Below are positions 37,137-48,260 of a DNA stretch of 64,000 bases, piece by piece. Under the pieces are notes generated by a model. That model was not told the origin of the DNA, did no database searches, and saw only the letters and a list, made by a program, of their open reading frames with translations. Source of the stretch: Promethearchaeota archaeon (lineage in GTDB: Archaea > Asgardarchaeota > Lokiarchaeia > Sigyniarchaeales > SOKP01); NCBI GenBank assembly GCA_019058245.1, contig JAHPZJ010000030.1, positions 160,001-224,000 on the forward strand, given 5' to 3'. Positions within the stretch are counted from its first letter, which is position 1, and each line of letters begins with the position of its first letter. Position numbers and translations under genes: made by a program.

Positions 37137-40100
37137 ATGAACTCCGAAAATAAAAATTATTCACAAGAAAAAATTAAAAAGGCTACGGAATTTCTTCAGA
37201 AGTCATGGTGGTTTTGTTTTTACTTAGTTATTGCTCCATTGATTATTGCTTTTTTAATAATAGTTATTTTTATTCAATCTGGAGTAAATATTTATATCTC
37301 ATTAGCATTTTCTGTTTTAAGTTTTATTTTTACACTACTTTTCTTTTTTAAAGTATATGATAAATACAGAAGAAAGCCATTTTTTCTAAATAAAGAGAAT
37401 AACCCTACAGCCAGAATTCATAGTTTGTTCTTAATTTCTATATTTTCTTTGATAATAACACCAATATTTTACTTAATTTCACTTATGAATATCCCATTTA
37501 CTTTACTTCCTCTAATTAGTTATGCTATTCTTTATAATATCATCTATTATTATTATTATCTTCAACCATTAGATTATTTCAACTTAGAAGAGAAGGAGTT
37601 TAAACATACTGAGAATATCAAGTTAATGTTTATACAACCGTATAACTTTATAATATTTCTTAATTATTTAATCCATATCATTTTCTTAGGAATTACAGCA
37701 TCTACAGAATTTTCTTGGCTTTTCAGTTTAATTTCAGATATAGCAGTCTATATACTCACTTTAGTATCAACTAAAGATCAAATTAGGAAGATTAAGGAAC
37801 TTATTGCTGAGAATAAGTCAATTGTAAAAGATTTAATTGTTTTTAAAAAGAAATTTGTAGTTTGTATAGTTAATCTTCTTTTTATCTTATTAATTCAAAT
37901 GCCTTTTGTCAGTATCATTATGTTCAGTCTTAGAGGTGTTCTATATTCAAGTTTAGAACTTATAAGTTATGCATTTTTAACAGTAATTTTCATCTTGTTC
38001 TATTTTAAATCTAGGTACTATATTAGTGTGTACTATAACACAAGACTTAAATTGTATATAGTATCTGATAATATCAATATTTCAAAAGAAAGTACGTTTA
38101 TAGAATATTTCAAGTATCAAAAACATAATTCTTATTTATCCGGAGTGTTAATTCTATTAATTACTATATTCTCTTTTTTAATTGAAATTCCTCTTTTAAA
38201 TGTAATTATTCTTCCTTTCATTTTTATTCTTCTTTATTATGAACAAAAATCAGATCTCTGTCCTAAAAAATATAGCAGATTTGTAGCTTTATTAAATTCA
38301 ATTTCAATATTGGCTTCTATCGCTTTTGGTTTAATACCATTGATATCTGAGATGCCCTTATTAAACTTTTTAATTTTTTGTCTTTCATTGTATTTTGTAT
38401 TACAAATTTTTGCTAGATATAAATATTTCATTAAGGATGATATTCTTTTATACCAAAATCTACTTGCTATAGCAAGTTTTATATTATTATTTTACTCATT
38501 CTTTCCGATAGCTATTATCGAATATACAACCTTTACATCAAACCCAATAATAATTCTTATTTCAAATATACTTTTACATTCATTGATTATTTTAGTAACC
38601 TTCTTAATTTCATTATATATTCTAGGGGTTCGATATTTTTATGCTAAGACCCCGAAATCATTTAAGACCTATATTATCATAATAAGTTTTTTAATTGAAC
38701 TTGTTATTTTTGCACTCATCAATTTTAGGAACTTTTTAGTATTGGGATTTATCAATTTTTTATATTCACTTTGCATCTCATCAATTTTATTCCCAATTGT
38801 TTTCATAGTTTTCCTTTTTGTAAATTATAGTCTAAATGCATTCAAATTAGAATATTTCTTAACCTTATGTTATTATATTTTTTGGATTTTTATTGTTGAT
38901 TTCTTCATTTCTCTGCTGATTATCTCTTTACTCAATATTTACATCATTGTTCTAATATTAGATTGTTTAATTTCATCCATTTTTTATTATTTTATATTGA
39001 AATTTGGTATGGAATTAGAAAAAATAAATGAATCCAAATTTAATACAAATAATAAAATCAATTCCTATTTAATTGGTATTGAGCTTTTATCATTATTTTT
39101 TACTATTTTTTTTATAGCTTTTCAATCTATCTCCTTAGCAGAAAATTTAATCTATTCATTATATTTATCATTACTAATCGTCGGTGGATTAGTCAATCTA
39201 TTTTCAAAAATAGAAATTTTTTCGGAAGACCTCATTCTTAGAATAAATGCATTTATTCTATTATATAGCTCATTAATAGCTTTTTACTTCATTTTATTAC
39301 TTACTTTTAATACAACTTATGTTTATATAGTTCCTCTACTGGTCTTTTCTACAATTTTTTACTTACCGCTTTTATTTTTGAAGAAGAAAAGCATATTCAA
39401 AAACTTTATATCTAAGTTATTAAAAGTAAATAGTCTGCTATTTTCAGCAACATTATCCTTAATTCCCATTATTATAGGTTTGGAAATGTTCAATTTAGGA
39501 TTATATTTTGATTTAATTTTTTTAATATTTTCTGTAATCAATTTTAGCTTATATATTGTATTCGCTCTTCTTGGTATTTACTATTTCTTATTGAAGAAAA
39601 TCAAGGTTGATGAAAATCGAGTTAATCTGATTCTTAAATTACATATATTAATAGCAGTAATTATTGGAATTACAACGATATTTTATTATCCATTTTTTCT
39701 ATTAACCGGGACATTCTATTGCATAGTATTACCATTGATTTTTATGTTCTGCTTCTTTTATATACCTCTTTTTTACTCTTACAAGAAACAGTTGTTTAAT
39801 GTTAAACTAGTTAAATTAGAAATAGTTTTAATTACTATAGCTTTAACAGGTTTATTTACTTCAATACCTTCAATAGTTAGTTTAGATTTAATAAATAAAA
39901 GTTTGATATTTTATTCTAAGGTTTTACCTGTAAATATTATAAACTTTTCCTTCTACATTTTCTTTATTTTTTTATTAATTCTTAGTAGTCTATTTAAAAA
40001 ATTAGAATTAAAAAGCAAATTTATTTTAAATTTAGGTAGATTACAATTCTTTACCATATTTTGTATTTCTATTACTACACTATTTTTCTACCCATTTTCA

Positions 40101-43100
40101 TTGTTAAGTGGATTTTTTTATAAAATCCTTATTTCTTTCATTGCTTTATTGTCTTCTTGGTTTTTTATTTTCTATTATGCTTATAGAAAAGAATATTTCA
40201 ATCTAGTATTAGTAAGACTATTAACAATCTATAATTTTACTGTATTATCGTGCTTAATTATTTCGTTACCATTTATAATTGGATTAGAAGTATTTGGATT
40301 CGCAGCTAATTTCATCCTAATAATAACCCTAACACTATTAATTCTATTTGTTTTTCTTAATATTTTTGAGATTATCGCAAATAAAATTAAGTTAAAAGAA
40401 AGATATATAAAATATTCTAAATTGCTTAAACCAATTCTCTTTTTTCTATTATCATTATTTTTGTCTTATTATATATCTACGATTTTTATTATTAGACTTA
40501 CACTAACTCCTATAACTTTTCTAGTGTTAAGTTGTAGCTTTTTAGTTTTTTTCTTATTAAGTATGTATACCCTGGAACTTACATTTTCCTATGATCCCAA
40601 ATTATTGACATTAAAAAAGTATAAAGATATTATCATTTATGGAATCATTCTTTCATTATCATCAATTTTTACTTTTTTAAGCATATCAACAAATATTCTT
40701 TCATCTTTTTTTCTAACTTCAATAATATTTAATTCATCTATTATAATTGGTGTTTTTACTTCATTATTTCTTTTATTTTTGATTCTGGGTGACAATTTAA
40801 TAGAATTGAAATTACCGCAGGTAAAAATAATCTGCGAATTAATTGCATGGGTAATTATAAAGGTAATATTATGCATTTTAACATTTTTTCTTATTGACGT
40901 TTTTGCGTATCAATTCTTTATTGTAAATAAAATATTGCTAGTTTCATTAATTTTTACCGTTCTTACACCCTTAAGTCTTCATATATTAAAAAATCTGAGT
41001 TTAGTATCATCTAAAAATAAATTACTAATAAAAAAACTAACTGAAATTGTATTTATTATTTCTTTATTAGGAATTTATACTGAAATTTCTTACAATTTAT
41101 TAAATTTAATACCACTATTTTATCAGAACTCACTTTTGAAAATAGTATCTCTCACTATTAATCTGATTTTAATTTTATATTATTTTTCTATAAAGTATAA
41201 TAGAGTACTAGAAGAACATTCTTCACTCAATATTTACAGCTTTTATTTAACATCCTTCTTATTATTTTTCAGCTTTCTTTATTTTAATACTAATCTTTCA
41301 GTTTTCCTTATATTACTATCGTATGTATTAATTCTTTCTAAGAGGAGCATAATTTCTATTTTTCGGTTTTTATCATATTTCTTACTAAGTTATTATACTT
41401 TTACTACGATTCTAGTAATTATAAATTTCTATGGGGTTACAATAGCGTTTAATTTAACAAATCTAAGTATATTCATCAATCTATATCTCTTAACGACAAT
41501 TTTCGTTTTGGTTTTCTCTATTATTCTAAATATAAAGAAAAATAATACCCAAGAAAAATTTACATTATATTCTCTAATTTCTATACTCTCTTATGTTTCT
41601 CTCATGAACTTTACAAATATTTTATCAATTTATAACATTACAATTTCACTTTTCATATTCTTATTCTTTATGGGAATTTACTTTCATCATCAAAAAGATG
41701 AACGTTATAAATGGTTTATTAAGCCTTGTTTAATTTTGTTTATCTTTGACTTTATTAGCTTTCTATCATATTCATGGTTCTTTAATAATCAGATTTATGA
41801 TACTTACAATCCAATTTTAACTTTCACTCTTACTCTTAGTATAACAGGTTTTGGATTCGTTTTATTGTATAATGAGGCTCCAAGAAAATTTCGAAAGAAA
41901 TTCTTCTATATTATACTAGCATCAATAGTTATTGCTTTTCCAATCTTTATCTATTTTTTAATGATTGCGTCTTTATCAATGCCATTATTATCTATAGTTC
42001 CATTAATAGTCGCAATAGATTTTGGTGTTTTTCTTTTTTATCTTTGTATTGCAATATATCACTGGAGGATTTCATGGGCAATTTGGAAATCTGGATGGTA
42101 TGTGTGGAATATTCTACCTTTTGTTAACTTCTTTATTATATATCAAAGTTTTACTGGAATTGATGTATTCACTGACTCATTGCAATTTGGATTAATTCAA
42201 GTAGAAGGTTCATTAATAATTTCAATGATAATATGTTCTTTATTTTTCTTGCCAGTATTGTATACAAAAATTAAAAAATATTTTTTTTATATAATATTTA
42301 TTATATGGGGTGAAAGTCTATTTTTACTCTATTGGGTTAACTCAAATTTATTTGTCAGTGATCTAGTATTAAGAAATTTATCTTTTGTTTTATTTTCAGT
42401 TATACTATTAATGCCTTTATTCGCGGGATTTAAATATTGGAAAATGGTGTCGATATTTTGGCTTTTATTAACTATAATTAATAGTTTATTTTTATTGGGC
42501 TATTTAGTTTCTATTGGGGTCAATTTAGAAATGGTAATTTCAATTGACATTTTAGTTTTTGGGTTATTTTTTATTGTTTATTCATTTTTTCCAAATATAA
42601 GATCCTATGGAGTTATATTAATAAGTGCCTATCTTATTACACTTTCAGGTATTTTCTCCACAGTTTTATTCATTTTTTATTTATTATTATTAGATCCCAT
42701 ATTTTCTGTGAACATTAGTTTTATCATAGTTGGTTTAAGTCTTTTTTCCTCAAAATATTTAAAATTATCGAATAGAATTATAGATCATAGTCTCTCTTGG
42801 GTATTAATATTCAACTTAGCATGGTTAACTTTCAATACTTTCAATCTATTTCCAGGATTTGTTGTGTTTGCATTCTCTTTAGCACTAACTGTTTTTGGAT
42901 TTTCATTTTTCATCTTTAATCACTACAAAATGAAAATGCCTATTAGAATTATAATTCCAAGTTCAATTATCACGATTGGGGCTTCTCTTTCAGTCACCTC
43001 TTTTATATCTTTAATTTTTAAAGCATCCCCCGGGATATTAATCTCTACGTTTTCTTCAGTATTTATAGTATTCTTATATTTTTTAATTAAAGAATATCGA

Positions 43101-45737
43101 TATTTGCTTTGGTTTGGTTTTCCTATTCCTATAACTACTCCGATATTAGAAGCAATGTTAATATTCGACGTTATTAAACCGTTTTGGTTGTTAACTTGGT
43201 CAATGTTATATCTCATTTCTTTCCAAATTATTATAAATTTTTTCAAAAGGTCAATACAAAAAGAAACCCATAAAATACAAGAAGAGGCGCAAGAAATAAA
43301 AAATAGCATCTTTGCGATTTATAAAGATAAAAATCAGTTAAAATGGTTTAATTTTATATGCTTTCTATTAAATTCAATTTGTATTTCTTTATTCGTAGGA
43401 ATAATTTTACCAAATTTAATTAAAAATATATTATTTACCCAAATTTTAATTGTCTACCAAATTTGCGATTTTTTACTTTTATGGTCATTGCTCTTTTTAC
43501 TATGTATGAAATATATTGAAAAGTCAGGTTTAGATGTGAAAATTAAAGATATTTCACCATTTTTTAATAAATTAAGTCTTATTTTGTATATTTTTATTTC
43601 ATTTGCTTCAGGAGTGAATCTTTTACTTTATCTTTTACTTATTAACCAGAATTTGGTTGTTGTTACACTTTCATTTTTGTTATTAGTTAGTGGAATTGCT
43701 TTTTTAGAAGGATTCTTGTTAGATAGACTTTATTTTCACTTTTTGTTTAAATCGATCCGAAATTTGTTTAGTATATGTTCATGGTTGCTTTTTAGTACTT
43801 TATTAGCATTAGATTTAATTTTTATTTTCCAAATCTTAGATTATTTGAATTTCCTTATAGTTAATGTAATTATATTTCTGGAAGTATGCTTATTGTTTAA
43901 TACGATAAAAATTTATAATAATATGTTACCTGATCAAAAACATCCGAATTTTTTGGAAAAGATGCATTCAATTCTATTTTTACTTTTATATCTTGAAATT
44001 AGTTTAATTATACTTGGATTATTGCTCAATTATTTAGGATTATTTGAGAGTATCCTCTCTTCTTTATTAATATTATTCATTTTAACGATATTAGAGATTC
44101 ATTCGATAAAAAAAATAACAAGATCTTATGCTACATTTGTTCATTCAATCAGCTTTATACTTATTTCAATAATGCTACTTATGATTTTAAATCAATATAT
44201 CTCTCAATATTCTATCTTATTGAGTATAGAGTTTTTTATATTTGTTATAATGCAGTTTTATTCGAATTTCTCTCTTATGAAATCATTAAAATTATTATTC
44301 CCTCAGAATGAAATTGAATTCAAGAAGCTTGAAAATTCTATTCAACATATATTAGGTTGGTTGTTTTATGGATTATTTTGTTTTTGTCTATTGCAATTAT
44401 TAATTTTACAAAGAATTGAATTCCAATTGATTTTATTAATTTTAAGTAGTACAATCCATATCTTAATGATTATTGATATAAAAGTATTAAAATTTTTAGA
44501 AAAAAGTGCTTCTTATATTAAGTTAATATCTTGGGGTTTTATTATGACCTTTTCCTCATTCTATTTAATTTGGGTTTATAATACTTTTTTTATTAGCGTA
44601 TTTTTTACTGTTATACCCCTCATTGTTTTAATCCTTATCATTGAATTTGCCTATCTTTTCAAATTATTGTCTATTTGGGAAGTAATTGCTTTAAATAAAG
44701 AGAAAATTAGATTTTTACTAGTTATAATTACATATATTAATTTCATTACTTGGCCTTTTTATTTTTTTAGTTTAGATCCCTTTTTGAATTTTAATTTGAT
44801 ACTTATCGCGATTTTAATTATGTTATTAATAACTTTAATTGATGCAGTTTTGAAAGAAAAATTGCGAAATTTATTGAAACTAAGCTCATTTATGATATTT
44901 GGAGCATTATTATCTACTGATCTATATTTACTATTAAACAGTATTCCAAATTTTGATATTATATTAAACCTAAGCATTTCATCTTTGATTTTTGTACTAT
45001 TTTTAGTAATACTTGTTAATCCTTTTAAAAAACATTGGCATATAGCACTGCCTTTTTGGTTGGTAATATTTTTCTTATTAAGTACTATTATCAATCAAAT
45101 TTCAATATCATCTATTTATAGTATTGTTTTCTTTGTGATAATGCTTCTATTATTCCCATTTATTTTCTTATTAGAACAGTTAAAAGAACTTTTTAATTGG
45201 CTTGTTGATACAATTTTAAAAATTTTTAAAAATCTCAAAATAATGATCAAGAATTTTCTTTTAAAAATTAGCCATTTTATAAAGATTCACTATAAGACTA
45301 TTTGGATAATTACTAATATATTTATCTCAGTTTTTTTTGGTATTCTTTTCTCAGAGATAATATTGGGGCTTTTAAATCCTATTCATGCAACTCTTCTAAT
45401 ATTTCCTATTTTTGGTTTACTTTATTCATTTATACCTTCTAAAAAATCTGATGATGTTGATATAAGATTTCAACGGAGAATGATTCGTATAATCATTAGT
45501 TGGATTAGTGTTATTATAGTTTTAATCATTTTTATCACACCCCTTTGGCATATTTTCATTATTTGGATATCAATTTGGATTGCAGGGGCAATTTTATTAC
45601 CTTTAATGATTTTTTATGAAAGAAAAGAAAAAATATCTATTAAATGGCGATTTTATACGCTTATTTCTTTAATTATTTTGCTTATAATTTTTGGAATAAT
45701 CTTTAGCTTACAGGTTTTAGGTGTTTTAGTACTTTAA
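37137..45737 (+). CDS. Giant polytopic membrane protein of unknown function (2866 aa)
   Basis: Uninterrupted 8.6-kb ORF in AT-rich DNA; roughly 85-90 hydrophobic segments counted by eye, with short K/R-rich loops. Confidence 0.9.
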   Translation: MNSENKNYSQEKIKKATEFLQKSWWFCFYLVIAPLIIAFLIIVIFIQSGVNIYISLAFSVLSFIFTLLFFFKVYDKYRRKPFFLNKENNPTARIHSLFLISIFSLIITPIFYLISLMNIPFTLLPLISYAILYNIIYYYYYLQPLDYFNLEEKEFKHTENIKLMFIQPYNFIIFLNYLIHIIFLGITASTEFSWLFSLISDIAVYILTLVSTKDQIRKIKELIAENKSIVKDLIVFKKKFVVCIVNLLFILLIQMPFVSIIMFSLRGVLYSSLELISYAFLTVIFILFYFKSRYYISVYYNTRLKLYIVSDNINISKESTFIEYFKYQKHNSYLSGVLILLITIFSFLIEIPLLNVIILPFIFILLYYEQKSDLCPKKYSRFVALLNSISILASIAFGLIPLISEMPLLNFLIFCLSLYFVLQIFARYKYFIKDDILLYQNLLAIASFILLFYSFFPIAIIEYTTFTSNPIIILISNILLHSLIILVTFLISLYILGVRYFYAKTPKSFKTYIIIISFLIELVIFALINFRNFLVLGFINFLYSLCISSILFPIVFIVFLFVNYSLNAFKLEYFLTLCYYIFWIFIVDFFISLLIISLLNIYIIVLILDCLISSIFYYFILKFGMELEKINESKFNTNNKINSYLIGIELLSLFFTIFFIAFQSISLAENLIYSLYLSLLIVGGLVNLFSKIEIFSEDLILRINAFILLYSSLIAFYFILLLTFNTTYVYIVPLLVFSTIFYLPLLFLKKKSIFKNFISKLLKVNSLLFSATLSLIPIIIGLEMFNLGLYFDLIFLIFSVINFSLYIVFALLGIYYFLLKKIKVDENRVNLILKLHILIAVIIGITTIFYYPFFLLTGTFYCIVLPLIFMFCFFYIPLFYSYKKQLFNVKLVKLEIVLITIALTGLFTSIPSIVSLDLINKSLIFYSKVLPVNIINFSFYIFFIFLLILSSLFKKLELKSKFILNLGRLQFFTIFCISITTLFFYPFSLLSGFFYKILISFIALLSSWFFIFYYAYRKEYFNLVLVRLLTIYNFTVLSCLIISLPFIIGLEVFGFAANFILIITLTLLILFVFLNIFEIIANKIKLKERYIKYSKLLKPILFFLLSLFLSYYISTIFIIRLTLTPITFLVLSCSFLVFFLLSMYTLELTFSYDPKLLTLKKYKDIIIYGIILSLSSIFTFLSISTNILSSFFLTSIIFNSSIIIGVFTSLFLLFLILGDNLIELKLPQVKIICELIAWVIIKVILCILTFFLIDVFAYQFFIVNKILLVSLIFTVLTPLSLHILKNLSLVSSKNKLLIKKLTEIVFIISLLGIYTEISYNLLNLIPLFYQNSLLKIVSLTINLILILYYFSIKYNRVLEEHSSLNIYSFYLTSFLLFFSFLYFNTNLSVFLILLSYVLILSKRSIISIFRFLSYFLLSYYTFTTILVIINFYGVTIAFNLTNLSIFINLYLLTTIFVLVFSIILNIKKNNTQEKFTLYSLISILSYVSLMNFTNILSIYNITISLFIFLFFMGIYFHHQKDERYKWFIKPCLILFIFDFISFLSYSWFFNNQIYDTYNPILTFTLTLSITGFGFVLLYNEAPRKFRKKFFYIILASIVIAFPIFIYFLMIASLSMPLLSIVPLIVAIDFGVFLFYLCIAIYHWRISWAIWKSGWYVWNILPFVNFFIIYQSFTGIDVFTDSLQFGLIQVEGSLIISMIICSLFFLPVLYTKIKKYFFYIIFIIWGESLFLLYWVNSNLFVSDLVLRNLSFVLFSVILLMPLFAGFKYWKMVSIFWLLLTIINSLFLLGYLVSIGVNLEMVISIDILVFGLFFIVYSFFPNIRSYGVILISAYLITLSGIFSTVLFIFYLLLLDPIFSVNISFIIVGLSLFSSKYLKLSNRIIDHSLSWVLIFNLAWLTFNTFNLFPGFVVFAFSLALTVFGFSFFIFNHYKMKMPIRIIIPSSIITIGASLSVTSFISLIFKASPGILISTFSSVFIVFLYFLIKEYRYLLWFGFPIPITTPILEAMLIFDVIKPFWLLTWSMLYLISFQIIINFFKRSIQKETHKIQEEAQEIKNSIFAIYKDKNQLKWFNFICFLLNSICISLFVGIILPNLIKNILFTQILIVYQICDFLLLWSLLFLLCMKYIEKSGLDVKIKDISPFFNKLSLILYIFISFASGVNLLLYLLLINQNLVVVTLSFLLLVSGIAFLEGFLLDRLYFHFLFKSIRNLFSICSWLLFSTLLALDLIFIFQILDYLNFLIVNVIIFLEVCLLFNTIKIYNNMLPDQKHPNFLEKMHSILFLLLYLEISLIILGLLLNYLGLFESILSSLLILFILTILEIHSIKKITRSYATFVHSISFILISIMLLMILNQYISQYSILLSIEFFIFVIMQFYSNFSLMKSLKLLFPQNEIEFKKLENSIQHILGWLFYGLFCFCLLQLLILQRIEFQLILLILSSTIHILMIIDIKVLKFLEKSASYIKLISWGFIMTFSSFYLIWVYNTFFISVFFTVIPLIVLILIIEFAYLFKLLSIWEVIALNKEKIRFLLVIITYINFITWPFYFFSLDPFLNFNLILIAILIMLLITLIDAVLKEKLRNLLKLSSFMIFGALLSTDLYLLLNSIPNFDIILNLSISSLIFVLFLVILVNPFKKHWHIALPFWLVIFFLLSTIINQISISSIYSIVFFVIMLLLFPFIFLLEQLKELFNWLVDTILKIFKNLKIMIKNFLLKISHFIKIHYKTIWIITNIFISVFFGILFSEIILGLLNPIHATLLIFPIFGLLYSFIPSKKSDDVDIRFQRRMIRIIISWISVIIVLIIFITPLWHIFIIWISIWIAGAILLPLMIFYERKEKISIKWRFYTLISLIILLIIFGIIFSLQVLGVLVL

Positions 45738-45909
45738 TAGATGTAGAGTATTTATAGACGGGAAAAAAGACCCCTTTCCTCAAATTTCAATGGTTATTAA
45801 TATTAAATGTCTACTATAAAAATTTGATAACTTTTAAATATATGTTTAAATGAACTATTACTTGTTAAAATCTAATTATAAATATTAAAAAAAAAAAATA
45901 AATTTTGAA

Positions 45910-47334
45910 GTGATCCAAAAAATGGAAAGTGGAACTAAACGAATAGTAGCAATTGTTCTTATTGTGGTTATAATTGTTGGTGTCGGTTTAGGGGTGTGGT
46001 TTATCTTAATACAACCAACATCCCATGGCTGGACAACCCCAGGAATCTCAGGTATACCAGAAGAACGATGGATCAAGATCGGAATGATGGGTGATAGAGG
46101 TGAACTTGAAGGTGATCAAAATTGGATGGGTGGTTACCTATCAGCGAGGAAAATAAATGAAGCTGGTGGTGTTACCATTAATGGTAGCCAATGGGCTATT
46201 GCCCTTTCATGGGAAGATACGGACGAATCAGCTTCGGATTTCTCTACATCAAGAGCTGTTGCCGCAGCAGAGAGAATGGTATACAAGCAAGAGTGTGATT
46301 TTGCTGTTGGTGGCTTCAGAACAGAATCCTTACTAGCCTACCGGGAACCTTTCATGACCAATAAAATACCCTTTTTGATTACAGGAGCAATGACAGACAT
46401 TTTTTGCACAGATGTCGAAGATAATTATAACACTTATAAATATACTTTTAGAATCAGTCCTTACAACTCATCACATTCGTCTTCGGCTTTTGTAACAGCA
46501 GTACTTTATATGTATGGATATCTCCGAGCCGTATATGGAAGTGATGATGTTAACCATATGGGTATATTAGCAGAAAATCTCGCTTGGACAGAGGGTATAC
46601 GAACTGTCGTCGCTGCTTATATAGATGGAACGTATGGCGCGGGAACTGTACCCTCAGATGGAGTTATTGCTTTTGATCCAGAGGTTACTCCAACAATTAT
46701 GAATAGCAACTTAGAACAATTAGAAGATGGTGGATGTGATGTAGTACTTATAGCAATTTCGCTAGGTGCTGGACTTACAATGACCCAACAATGGGCACAA
46801 CATCAACGAAAATTCTTATTATTTGGTTCTAATGTTCAAGCCCAAACAGCAGGATACTGGGATAAAACTAATGGAGCTTGTAATTATGAAATAGGATCAA
46901 CGACAGCCACAAGATGCAATAAAACCCCAAAGACTATCGAAGCTTATGATGATTTTATTGATACCTTTGATGAACATCCTATTTATATAGGATTTGGTGC
47001 TTATGATGCTGTAAGTCTTATTGCAGAAATATGCGAAGAAACGAATTCAATTAGTGCAAATGATTTTATAGCAAAAATGGAAACATTTACTATAGATAAT
47101 CCTAGACATGGTGGTGCTGGTGGTGACCCCACCGCTTGGTGGCCCACTACTCATGACCTTGTTGCTGGGTATCAAGGAGGAACCCTTTTCGCATATGGTA
47201 TCTGGTTTCAGTGGCAAAACGGTACTAAAACACTCATTCCCTCATTCACAAGCCCACCACAATACCCAAGTACTCTATCACCAATGGGCACATTGAAAAT
47301 ACCTGATTATTTTGGTTGGGATTATGGAGCATAG
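45910..47334 (+). CDS. Liv-type (branched-chain amino acid family) ABC substrate-binding protein
   Basis: N-terminal TM; KIG, A..INEAGGV, VGGFRTE, Y.FR, AYDAV. Confidence 0.88.
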   Translation: MIQKMESGTKRIVAIVLIVVIIVGVGLGVWFILIQPTSHGWTTPGISGIPEERWIKIGMMGDRGELEGDQNWMGGYLSARKINEAGGVTINGSQWAIALSWEDTDESASDFSTSRAVAAAERMVYKQECDFAVGGFRTESLLAYREPFMTNKIPFLITGAMTDIFCTDVEDNYNTYKYTFRISPYNSSHSSSAFVTAVLYMYGYLRAVYGSDDVNHMGILAENLAWTEGIRTVVAAYIDGTYGAGTVPSDGVIAFDPEVTPTIMNSNLEQLEDGGCDVVLIAISLGAGLTMTQQWAQHQRKFLLFGSNVQAQTAGYWDKTNGACNYEIGSTTATRCNKTPKTIEAYDDFIDTFDEHPIYIGFGAYDAVSLIAEICEETNSISANDFIAKMETFTIDNPRHGGAGGDPTAWWPTTHDLVAGYQGGTLFAYGIWFQWQNGTKTLIPSFTSPPQYPSTLSPMGTLKIPDYFGWDYGA

Positions 47335-48260
47335 GCTACAAAACATCAAATAATAATACAACTAAATATTTTACAAAATATCTTTTTTTTTATTTATTTT
47401 CTTTTGGTTGTTAAATCAAGATTATTTTAAAATTATTCAATCATATCTCAATATTTTTTGTCTAATAGAAGGAATATTTCTTTCTTTCACAAAAAAGGAT
47501 ATTAAAGAATCGAATTAGTGAAAAATAAAAAGTTTATATAATCAAATTAAATAATAAAATCATATTCTTATAAAAAGGAATACCATTTCACTGGTTTTTT
47601 ATAGTTTTTATTCTTTATGGTAATGTTTTTGCTTAAATTTTAATCAATAACAATCCAATTATTTATAAATATTCTTAGCTTTTTGGAAAATTCATAATTC
47701 ATATTCTAAATATCGATCTTTCCTTGAGAGATAGAATTAGCCCTATAGTTGTCAGATTGTTGGATTATCGCATAATTTAATAGCTACTCATTATTTACTA
47801 TTTTTCCGATATTTCCAATTTGTTAATGGACGATAGCCATCAATCTTTAAAAGTAGATACTTTTTAATAGAAAATCTAACCTTTTTCAAATAAATTACAA
47901 TATCTTTGATTTATGAGAGTAGTTATTTTTAATTAATGAGAAACATCTCATAATTTTATAAATCCTCTGAGAGTTTTCTTAAATGTTAATATTAAAAGAG
48001 AAACATAAAAATGGAAAAGTAAATTTCAAGAAATTATAACATTATTTTAAAAATGAGGTTTGAATTCAATAGAACTTGGAGATTCACCTAAATTGATATC
48101 ATTTAATTGAAAATTGCGCTAAACAACTTTAATTTCACAATATTATCTTTATTACAATTCTGTAAATTACTTCACTCCGAAAAAAAATTTAAATGGAGCA
48201 GAAGATTTATAAAAGATGTAAGAGAAATATTATTATTAAAAAACTTTGGAGTAGATTATT

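Noticed and set aside
37137-45737. Giant ORF considered as an artefact of T-rich low-complexity DNA
   Set aside because: 8.6 kb without a stop in AT-rich DNA, regular helix/basic-loop periodicity and internal protein-level repeats support a real gene
47340-48260. Long spacer between the Liv SBP gene and livH, considered as a possible pseudogene or mobile element
   Set aside because: Only short stop-interrupted frames with no recognisable homology, and no terminal repeats or transposase
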